Assembly: GCA_048886185.1 (NCBI GenBank)
Contig: JBHLKY010000008.1
Coordinates: 188,228-220,227 of the forward strand
DNA: 32,000 bases
Source of the DNA: Candidatus Hermodarchaeota archaeon
Lineage (GTDB): Archaea; Asgardarchaeota; Heimdallarchaeia; Hodarchaeales; Hodarchaeaceae
Direction: 5' to 3'
Both the position numbers and the translations under genes were made by a program. Under the pieces are notes generated by a model. The model did not search any database. It saw nothing but the letters and a program-made list of their open reading frames with translations, and was not told the origin of the DNA. This document shows, one piece after another, positions 17,723 through 25,506 of the stretch. Position 1 is the stretch's first letter. Each line of letters opens with the position of its first letter.

Positions 17723-18871
17723 TCACAATTGCTTTTCTTTTAACCGAGTAATCGTGATTTGTAGAGCTTCTTTCAAAGTGGAGAGGAAGAGAAACCCCTT
17801 TGGTGTGATTGAAAAATTTCTAAAGCGTGCATCCTGAATCACTTGAGCAGAAACGTATGTCTCGACGTATTGCAAATCAATGAGCTTTTTAATTTCTCTA
17901 GTAAGGGTAGGAGCTGGAATCTGGAGACTTTGGGCTAGTTTGGTTGGATTAGTTTCCCTTGGATTCTGATAAGCAATCTCAATAAGGGTTAAAACGGTCC
18001 GACCCTTCAATTCAGAGCGGAGATCATTTTGAAGGGATGTTGGAAAATATTCTACCATGGAGGTCTGACTAACTGACTCTAAGCGGGGAACATCTCTGAA
18101 GTCACTGGGGTAATCAGTTCGAATGTTATCCAGACCAATGATTACTTTATGGCGAATTTCATTCAAATAATCAGTTTTACTGGACTGAACCAATTCAACA
18201 AAGGTTACTTGTGGCTTGAACCTAGGATTAGTACGAAAATAAGTAAATCCAACACCAGAGATAAGAATAAGAGAACCAAAAAGACTAATTAATAAAAGGA
18301 ATTGATTATCATCAGATTCCTGAATGATAGCTGTTGTTTCAGAGGTGGTTGTAATCGTAGAAGTTCTCTCTTCCCGATTATCAATAGTAAACGGATGATC
18401 AGAGATATCCTCTTTCTCCTCCCAATTTTTACTCCCAGCGATGACTTTTACCAGATAATTAGTACCATATGTTTCATAAAGCGGAGTATCCCATTCATGT
18501 GTTGTTTCGAGGATAGTGAAAGCTAATTGAATCCAATCCTCTCCACCATTTGGGGAATAAAAGACCGAATACCAGGGATCATCCCCATAAAACTCAACAT
18601 CAAGGATCCATTGGATCGTAACAGTTCCAGTCAGAGTTTCTCCCCCGTTGGGAAATAGAATAGCAAGACCGTTATTTTGGGAAGGGTGAGCTAAATTCAA
18701 GAGGTTTGAAGAAGGATTTTTAGAATTGGCCATATCATTGTTTCTAGTAGGACAGGGGATTGGATCAGTCGAAGAGAAAGTCAGGCTTAATATAAAATAA
18801 AAATTGAGAACTAAAAATATAAGAAGGCTTCCTAGGATCAATGGTTTCATTTTTCCCATAATAGATTCCAA
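17723..18871 (-). CDS. Membrane-spanning regulator: signal/TM + extracellular Ig-like domain + TM + cytoplasmic wHTH
   Basis: N-terminal hydrophobic helix; PNGGETL.G...IQW...YS.NGG..W...WDT...DISD.PFTI beta module; Thr-rich linker; TM FLLLISLFGSLILISGVGFTYF; C-terminal PTKLAQSLQIPAPTLTREIKKLIDLQYV...FSITPKG (MarR/ArsR-like). Confidence 0.75.
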   Translation of the reverse strand: MESIMGKMKPLILGSLLIFLVLNFYFILSLTFSSTDPIPCPTRNNDMANSKNPSSNLLNLAHPSQNNGLAILFPNGGETLTGTVTIQWILDVEFYGDDPWYSVFYSPNGGEDWIQLAFTILETTHEWDTPLYETYGTNYLVKVIAGSKNWEEKEDISDHPFTIDNREERTSTITTTSETTAIIQESDDNQFLLLISLFGSLILISGVGFTYFRTNPRFKPQVTFVELVQSSKTDYLNEIRHKVIIGLDNIRTDYPSDFRDVPRLESVSQTSMVEYFPTSLQNDLRSELKGRTVLTLIEIAYQNPRETNPTKLAQSLQIPAPTLTREIKKLIDLQYVETYVSAQVIQDARFRNFSITPKGFLFLSTLKEALQITITRLKEKQL

Positions 18872-19120
18872 AGAGGAATTATAATTTCACCTATTTGAAT
18901 AGATTTTAATAGCTATAAATTATCTCAGAAGCTAATGCAAACAAATTTCCATTTAATAACAAATCATCAAGCTGATCTGATGAAGTTTCACCCGATGCCT
19001 CGAAAGCCTGCCTTTTTGAAATGAGAATTAGAAAAAAAAATTACACCTGTACTTTAAACTAGCCACAACGCAATGTAAAGGATTAAGCTTAGCGTCTAAG
19101 ATCGAAATACCGTAAATCAA

Positions 19121-20761
19121 TTAATAAATGGTCTTCTCCTGAAGGGGAATCTCGTAAATTCCCCGAAGATGACGAAACGAACTGTGAATCTCTACCTCCT
19201 CCACAAGAAGGACGTTATTTCGATAAAAAGTTAACACATTGAAGGTATTCAACTTCTTAGATTTAATTTTTTTTGAGGAAAAAGTACCTGCATTAACAAA
19301 AACTGTTTTCTCTACCTGTAAACTAGTAGCATGGTGTTCTAAACCTGAAAGAACCACAGGTATTTGATTAGTAGTGAAAAAATCTAGTGAATCCCCAGCA
19401 TTTCTGACAGTCCGTTCAAAAGAGGATCGGGGGATAGGAATACAGGAGTGATGCATTGCGACAATTGGCACTTGTTGGGAGCGTAAATTCACCAAATCTT
19501 CTTTTAATAAATTAAGAATACCACGACCAATATTTCCACTAGAATCAGGACCAGTATTAATTCCAAACACATGAAGAAAGTTGTCAGTATTGTCATAAAT
19601 GGGATCAAGGGGACCTATCTGACTAATCCATAACTTTTTACCATAAGGATGAAGATCACGAGTTCCAGGAACCAACACAACAGGGATATTGGTCTTCTCC
19701 TTTAGAGTGTTTAAATAATATTTGGCTAAAGCATAATCCTCAGGAAAAGAATCATTTGTTAGATTACCACAATGGACAATCAGTGAAGGATGTTCGGCTA
19801 TAACCATCTCTATCCCTTTTTCGTAAATTTCTTTTTGAAAATCACCACCAGGAGAAAAATGAGTACAGCCTAAATGACATATTTTGATAGTAACTTCATC
19901 CAATTTTCCCTCAATAGGATAAGAAGGAATATTTCCCTGAAATAAATGATAGACATGTTTTTCAGGTTTTTGAAATGTTGAATACCTATCAATTCCAATG
20001 AATCTTTCCTCTATCTGATCAGAAGAAATATCTAAAGAGAGATACACATGTCCAGCTTTTCCACGGGTTTTATTGCTTGAGAAAGTACCGTTGTTAATAA
20101 GCAACATTTTACGCTTACCATTGGAAATGGTGTAGGAATGAGGAAAATGTCGGTGACCAACGATTACAATATCAACGCCTGTTTCCCATAATATGCGTAA
20201 AACATCCCCCGCATCAACTACCATTGATCGCTCCCTTCCAGTCTTAGGAATTGGCAATACATGATGATGAAAGCAAAGAATTTTCACAATATGATCAGGA
20301 TACTGAGAAAACTTAGCTAATATTTCCTCCATCCCGCGATTTCCGATCCGCCCTGAATCCATATCGGGTTCAACAGAGTCAATTCCAAGAATAACCACAT
20401 TGCCACCTGTAGTGGTTGTATCAATAAAAAAATGACGAAAGCCATAAAATTCTTTCCAAATTTCCATTCCGACATTTCTAAAATCATGATTTCCAGGCAA
20501 ACAATGAAATTCGGGATTTTTTACCCCAAAAGAGGTAAAAGTCCCATTTATTAACGTATTAGCATAAATATAATCTTCAAAGGTACCTTGATCTGTAATA
20601 TCACCTAGATTCAATAAGATTGTTTGTGGATTTTTCTTTAATTTAGAGGCGATACTCATGATACCATTTGTAAAAGCCTCTTCATTAAAGTATCCAGTAA
20701 ATTTACTAATATGAAGATCAGAGATGGTAATAATTCTAATATTCTGCTTTTGATTTAACAT
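19121..20761 (-). CDS. Tandem calcineurin-like metallophosphoesterase (CpdA/Icc-like); second domain degenerate
   Basis: Domain 1: SDLH, GDITD, GNHD, HHH, GHRH. Domain 2 equivalents: GCTH, GNLTN, GTRD, MHH, GLEH. Confidence 0.85.
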   Translation of the reverse strand: MLNQKQNIRIITISDLHISKFTGYFNEEAFTNGIMSIASKLKKNPQTILLNLGDITDQGTFEDYIYANTLINGTFTSFGVKNPEFHCLPGNHDFRNVGMEIWKEFYGFRHFFIDTTTTGGNVVILGIDSVEPDMDSGRIGNRGMEEILAKFSQYPDHIVKILCFHHHVLPIPKTGRERSMVVDAGDVLRILWETGVDIVIVGHRHFPHSYTISNGKRKMLLINNGTFSSNKTRGKAGHVYLSLDISSDQIEERFIGIDRYSTFQKPEKHVYHLFQGNIPSYPIEGKLDEVTIKICHLGCTHFSPGGDFQKEIYEKGIEMVIAEHPSLIVHCGNLTNDSFPEDYALAKYYLNTLKEKTNIPVVLVPGTRDLHPYGKKLWISQIGPLDPIYDNTDNFLHVFGINTGPDSSGNIGRGILNLLKEDLVNLRSQQVPIVAMHHSCIPIPRSSFERTVRNAGDSLDFFTTNQIPVVLSGLEHHATSLQVEKTVFVNAGTFSSKKIKSKKLNTFNVLTFYRNNVLLVEEVEIHSSFRHLRGIYEIPLQEKTIY

Positions 20762-20958
20762 TCCTTACCAAATTGCCACGTTTAGACAGAGCCTTTTAAT
20801 TCTATCTACTTTATATAATTAATAATCGGTTAAATGGGTGTTGATATATAACTAAAACATGACTAATGGCTAAATAAACCACAAATGGCTTAGAGAGAAA
20901 GTCACTTTAACAGATATTCTTCAGGAGAGATAATATTTTGAGGGGGTAACCAAGCAAA

Positions 20959-21213
20959 GTGTTATTTATTGTTTGTTATGACGAGGGTAGTGTATTGTTA
21001 AATGATCGATCAAATGTGAAAATCTCGGGTGTAGTGTCTAAAGAGGAAGTTTGGGTTGGAACGAATATTACTCAAAAGAGTTAGACAAACACTTTAGAAC
21101 ATACTACGTCCGAAACAAAAGAACAACATCTGCTACAGCTTTTCCTCATCTTGTTATGGTGTTTTGGAATTGTCGGTGTGGTAACCATTCCGAGAAAGAA
21201 ACGCAAGAGCTGA
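20959..21213 (+). pseudogene. Remnant of a surface-protein C-terminus (Thr-rich linker, TM, RKKRKS tail)
   Basis: Frame from GTG 20959 has one in-frame TAG (21082-21084) and ends ...CFGIVGVVTIPRKKRKS-TGA (21213). An adjacent frame reads TTSATAFPHLVMVF, implying compensating indels. Confidence 0.45.
21135..21172 (+). repeat. Degenerate direct repeat, copy 1 (partner 22290-22326)
   Basis: ACAGCTTTTCCTCATCTTGTTATGGTGTTTTGGAATTG vs ACAGCTTTTCCACATCTTGTCCTTGTATCT-GGAATTG; 31/38 identical by hand alignment. Confidence 0.75.
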
Positions 21214-21253
21214 TCTTTCCACCCTCTTTTTTTTATCCTTAGATGACAGCATT

Positions 21254-22108
21254 CTATTTTTGTTGCATAAAGGACAGAAAATCAAGAACATGCCGATGAA
21301 TATCAATCGCTTCTTCCTTAGAAACGAGATATTCATGATGAATAACAGTATTACGAAGGGAATTGAGGCGACTGAAAAATCGTTTAAACTCAAATAGACC
21401 ATATTGCGCTATTTTATGGTCAAGGCCAACTTCAAAGGTACCATCTAAACCTAAGACCTCCCTCACTGTGGAATGAGCAAAATGAATGAATGCTTGAAGG
21501 TAAATAAGATTATCTCCTTGAGTCCCCTCCTCAAAACATTCCAAAGCTTGAGTCCACAGGTCAGAGGCTTCTGAAGAAATTTGAAGCGGTTCCTTAGGGA
21601 CAGGAGAAGGAGTATCGGAAACGAATGTAGCGGGAGTATCCACACATAGAAGATTGTTTGTACCAGGAGGAGCAGTTAGCTGTACCTCAAGTTGGGGCAT
21701 GAGGAGAGCCAACTTATCAGTTAAACTGTTTGGGGGATCCAATCGTTTTTGTCCCTCAACCAAGAAAAAAACAGCTTTGAAGAATTCTTCATGCCCTTTA
21801 TAAATATCCACGATCCGTAACCAAGTCGTCTCTTGATCAGGGGCCCATTGAATAGCCTCAAAAAATAATCGTACCGCCTCCGCCTCTCTCCCCTCCTCCT
21901 TCAAAATAGAGCCACGTAAAAGCCAGAAATCTATTAACAAAGACATATTATTATCACTCAATTGCTTCAAGGAGGCAAGGAGCGATGGAGGAACAACACC
22001 TGAATCATCAGCTAAGATCTCTTCAACAATAGTAATGATTTCCTTTCCATGAGGATGAGTTTCTAAACTCCTGACAAAACTAGAAATTAACTGACTAGTC
22101 TCTTCCAT
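21254..22108 (-). CDS. TPR-like repeat + C-terminal HEPN-domain protein (putative RNase)
   Basis: TPR-like AEAVRLFFEAIQWAPDQETTWLRIVDIY; Pro-rich linker; C-terminal helical domain with RLNSLRNTVIHHE (R-N-x3-H) followed by VSKEEA.....VLDFL. Confidence 0.65.
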   Translation of the reverse strand: MEETSQLISSFVRSLETHPHGKEIITIVEEILADDSGVVPPSLLASLKQLSDNNMSLLIDFWLLRGSILKEEGREAEAVRLFFEAIQWAPDQETTWLRIVDIYKGHEEFFKAVFFLVEGQKRLDPPNSLTDKLALLMPQLEVQLTAPPGTNNLLCVDTPATFVSDTPSPVPKEPLQISSEASDLWTQALECFEEGTQGDNLIYLQAFIHFAHSTVREVLGLDGTFEVGLDHKIAQYGLFEFKRFFSRLNSLRNTVIHHEYLVSKEEAIDIHRHVLDFLSFMQQK

Positions 22109-22245
22109 TAGTAGTAACCAAACAACTTAGAATGGATTAATAAACAAAAATCACTTCACAAGGTTACAATCCACTTTTCCTTTTTAAAGTCCAAAAATAT
22201 TATGATTAATCGATTTTAAGAGTTTCAAGATACCCTACCTTTTTC

Positions 22246-22277
22246 CTTGTATAAACGTTAGTCAACATTTATACAAG
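22246..22277. promoter_or_regulatory. 32-bp inverted repeat (hairpin or operator)
   Basis: CTTGTATAAA-C-GTT-AGTC-AAC-A-TTTATACAAG: perfect 10-bp arms plus 3 inner pairs; lies between the lipid-kinase stop and the HEPN gene start. Confidence 0.6.
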
Positions 22278-22289
22278 TCATGCGGGGGC

Positions 22290-22326
22290 ACAGCTTTTCC
22301 ACATCTTGTCCTTGTATCTGGAATTG
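22290..22326 (+). repeat. Degenerate direct repeat, copy 2 (partner 21135-21172)
   Basis: Same alignment as copy 1; translates TAFPHLVLVSGI versus TAFPHLVMVF(+1)GI in copy 1. Confidence 0.75.
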
Positions 22327-22348
22327 AAAAGAATTACTGATTGATTCG

Positions 22349-24199
22349 TTAAAGCATAATATAAAGGATTGCAAGCAGAGCGGGAATGATCATTGATACC
22401 ATAGGCCCATATTTCACAAGGTTTGTAAAAATACGTGTCTTTTCTGATTCAGAGAGTCTGTTTTTAGTATAGTCAATATCTTCATAGGCGCCTTCTTTGC
22501 AGTATTTGAGGAAAACTTTTCGTACTTTTTCAAGATGCTTTATCTCTTCTTTAGTTGTCATAACTTCAAATAAAATACCTCTGGCCCTTCTAATAACTAA
22601 AAAGAAAGATACAAAACTAGAAACGATGAGTAAAATGAGAGTGGCTGAGGAAAAATCAAAACTAAACTTCCTTTGTATAGATTCCAAAAAGTAACCAGTA
22701 GAGGTAGGAGTGCCATTAGTTGAAGAGAATGGATCTTGATACTCCTCCTCAGAGAGCATTCCAATATAATTGAATAAAATCATTAATACTGAAAAAACCA
22801 GAAAAGGGTTAAAGATGGCAGAAAGATCCATTAAAAACCTAATAAGAGGATCTAACCAAGGAAATGGGACAAAAATAGATTGTACTGTTTTGATTAATTC
22901 TTTAATAAAAGTCGTAATTTCGGGTGGAATGAGAGCTAATAAGTCGGGAAAAACGATATCAAAAAACCATGGAAACGTAATTGGCGCTGTAAAGGCAATA
23001 GATAAACTGATTGTTTGGATAAAAGTCCTAAATAAGAAAAATGTCACTCTTTTGGTAAAAGGTTTTTCTTTAACATAAAGATAATTAGCTTCATCAGCAC
23101 CTTTGATTTCATCTTTCGATTGTTCTTTAACAATATCTTGCTCCTGAACCTGACTCCATTCAAGACCTCTTTTATAATTTGAAATGGGGTTAAAATAAGC
23201 GAGCTTAGCCAAAATTAGCTTATTTCCTGTAAAGGGATCAGTGTATCCCTTTTTTTCCCCTAATTTCTCCTTCCAAATGTCTGAATATGATATCCACGGG
23301 GTAGGAACTCGAACAGTAAGATGATTAGGTTTAGTAATAAAGGTTTCAGGTAAATATCCCATGATTTCACCATCAACCTGATATAGACATTTCTTTTTGG
23401 AAGAATCTACATGAACTGATCCTGCCTCAAACGTTTCAACACTACCATGAGTAAGATGATTACCATCATAAACAGTAGAAAAAAATCGCAGGAGGGTGAT
23501 TTGACTAATTTTACGCAACGCCGTGACAGCAAATTTGCCATCTGTTACTTCAGCATCAGGACAGATATGCATACCACCTCCATAGCGTTTTCCATTACCT
23601 ATGGCAAGCAGCATTCGTTGGCCCTCGATGGTTTGGTCTCCATTTATACGAATTGACAGATGATAGGGTCTAAATCTTAATAGAGTTTGAGCAAGAGCTA
23701 ATTGATACCTCCTTGTCCCAGAAAATCGTTTTGATCCTTTATTTGTCCGATCAGCTACTTCTGCGTCAAAGCCCATAGAGGCTACTCCTGCAAAATACCT
23801 ATTGGCAGATTCACAGTATCCTACATCAAATGTTTTATTTTGACCATTAACGAGACATTGAACAGCAGCTTCTAAATCTCCTTCCGGGATCCCAAAAACA
23901 GTAGGTATATCGTCACCTGTCCCAACAGGAATGGCAGAGAAAATCCCTGGTTTATCAGCAGTTAAGATACCATTGAGTACCTCATTTGCCGTTCCAGCTC
24001 CACCAATGGAGCAAATAATCTTGTAACCCTCATTAACTCGGGTTCGTGCGATTTCAATCGCATGTTGAGGATACAAAGTGAACTCAAAATCATATTCCAA
24101 ACCATGACTGTCCACTAAGGGCTTGATTTCATCCCTCCACATCGTTTCAACACGTCCTCCAGCAGCAACAGGATTAATAACGAGAAAAACCTCTTTCAT
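22349..24199 (-). CDS. Diacylglycerol-kinase-family (YegS/DagK) lipid kinase fused to a C-terminal multi-TM domain
   Basis: INPVAAGG, GGAGTANEVLNG, IPVGTGDD, GVASMGFDA, GNGKRYGGGM.ICP.A...DG, QVDGE in residues 1-300; then about 300 residues with several hydrophobic helices. Confidence 0.85.
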   Translation of the reverse strand: MKEVFLVINPVAAGGRVETMWRDEIKPLVDSHGLEYDFEFTLYPQHAIEIARTRVNEGYKIICSIGGAGTANEVLNGILTADKPGIFSAIPVGTGDDIPTVFGIPEGDLEAAVQCLVNGQNKTFDVGYCESANRYFAGVASMGFDAEVADRTNKGSKRFSGTRRYQLALAQTLLRFRPYHLSIRINGDQTIEGQRMLLAIGNGKRYGGGMHICPDAEVTDGKFAVTALRKISQITLLRFFSTVYDGNHLTHGSVETFEAGSVHVDSSKKKCLYQVDGEIMGYLPETFITKPNHLTVRVPTPWISYSDIWKEKLGEKKGYTDPFTGNKLILAKLAYFNPISNYKRGLEWSQVQEQDIVKEQSKDEIKGADEANYLYVKEKPFTKRVTFFLFRTFIQTISLSIAFTAPITFPWFFDIVFPDLLALIPPEITTFIKELIKTVQSIFVPFPWLDPLIRFLMDLSAIFNPFLVFSVLMILFNYIGMLSEEEYQDPFSSTNGTPTSTGYFLESIQRKFSFDFSSATLILLIVSSFVSFFLVIRRARGILFEVMTTKEEIKHLEKVRKVFLKYCKEGAYEDIDYTKNRLSESEKTRIFTNLVKYGPMVSMIIPALLAILYIML

Positions 24200-24600
24200 G
24201 ATGAAACCTTCAGTGGAATTTCACATTCACAAATTCTTTTTTGAGGTTTACCCGTGAGTCTTAGTTGAATTTATTTGCTCATTAAAAAAGAGTTACAGCA
24301 AAACTACTATTTTAGCTCTGAAAAATACTCCACGTTATTATGGTGAAGATGGTAAAGATTTTTCGTGTTTCATAAATTCCATTAACAGAAATAAGCCAAT
24401 CCATGATTATATTAGTTTTCTAATCATTTCCCGTATAATAAATTCATAATCGGTGATGTATCGTTCCTGGAGACAATGGATAAAAAATCCAAGCAGCCCG
24501 TACATTTCAAAAATCATCGATAAGCACAAATAATTAAGGTTTCATCACAATAATCGGCCATTCGCTTTCTTCCAGAATATAAGGACTACCAAGCCTGCTG

Positions 24601-25143
24601 CTATTTCTGCCAAGTAAAAAGCCGTTCCATCCCAGGACATTTAGTATTCCGAGAAAACGAACAGGTAGCACAGAGTAAATCCCACTCTTTCCTACCGCTG
24701 CGAATACGTTGAACCGTGATACCCGCATAGAAGACAAGTCCAAGAAGAACCTGAAGGAATTGGAATTCGAAGGAGGGAGCAACAAAAATGGAATAGATTC
24801 CAATGACAATTCCAAGACCTAAAAACCCACGAAACACGATTCTTAACCTTCTATCAGAAGAATTGAAAAAAGAGAAATCCACAAGTCGGAACATGGTTGG
24901 AAGAGAAAAAACTATTGCGAGAAAGATTAATGCTTCCCATGTCACGTGTGTAAACACTCCCAGAAAAATAGTAATACCTCCTAGGATGAAACCACTATAG
25001 AAACCAGTACATCCCAAGCACAAACTCCAACCTCTAATACGAATGAGGTGATCACGATATTGCCAACAGATCGGATGATGAGCTACAGAGTAACGGAGAA
25101 ATCCTTTCACTTTCTCAGATTTCGAACTACTCATGACCCTCAA
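24601..25143 (-). CDS. Cys/His-containing multi-TM membrane protein (DUF2085-like)
   Basis: HHPIC...H...LCLGCTGFYSG resembles the DUF2085 C.RC.G.Y.G motif; about 4 TM helices; C-terminal CATC...C. Possible start ATG 25134. Confidence 0.6.
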   Translation of the reverse strand: MRVMSSSKSEKVKGFLRYSVAHHPICWQYRDHLIRIRGWSLCLGCTGFYSGFILGGITIFLGVFTHVTWEALIFLAIVFSLPTMFRLVDFSFFNSSDRRLRIVFRGFLGLGIVIGIYSIFVAPSFEFQFLQVLLGLVFYAGITVQRIRSGRKEWDLLCATCSFSRNTKCPGMERLFTWQK

Positions 25144-25157
25144 TCAGGAGAGAAGAT

Positions 25158-25406
25158 TTAGTACCGAGTTTGATACTGTTGCTCTGGATGTTCTGTTAAC
25201 ATATAATATATCAATGCAGCTACAGGACTAAGACAACAACAGAGGATTAAACAGATCCCACTGTCATATTGGTGACGCGTAGAAACGTAAACTTGTTGAG
25301 GGGGAACACCTGGTCTACTAGGCTCGACTCCTCCTTGTGCAGCACCACAATTCGGACAATATCTTGCATCACCCACTTCTGATCCACAATTTGGACAAAA
25401 AGGCAT
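25158..25406 (-). CDS. Zinc-ribbon protein with Cys-rich transmembrane segment
   Basis: MPFCPNCG....RYCPNCGA zinc ribbon; P/Q-rich linker; ICLILCCCLSPVAALIYYML hydrophobic segment. Confidence 0.8.
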   Translation of the reverse strand: MPFCPNCGSEVGDARYCPNCGAAQGGVEPSRPGVPPQQVYVSTRHQYDSGICLILCCCLSPVAALIYYMLTEHPEQQYQTRY

Positions 25407-25506
25407 AGTTATCCCTTACCTAAGTCAATTTAACTCCTTTTGAAACATTTAGAGATCGATGATTTTACAGTTTAAGTAAGTTATTATCAATCTTCAAGTA
25501 TGTTAA

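Noticed and set aside
18977-19010. Hammerhead-like CTGATGA...GAAA core
   Set aside because: The intervening 18 nt cannot form stem II (A/C at the closing pair) and no stem I/III with a UH cleavage site is present.
21082-21084. In-frame TAG as pyrrolysine or stop-codon recoding
   Set aside because: TAG terminates conserved genes here (rpl14p, rps4e) and the surrounding frame shows other signs of decay.
21051-21645. ORFs 21051..21242(+), 21154..21402(-), 21463..21645(-)
   Set aside because: Alternative frames of the anchor relic or of the TPR-HEPN gene; no independent support.
24320-24815. ORF 24534..24815(-) and two ~30-36-codon minus-strand frames at 24320-24515
   Set aside because: The first overlaps the DUF2085-like gene; the short ones lack motifs or clear SD sites.
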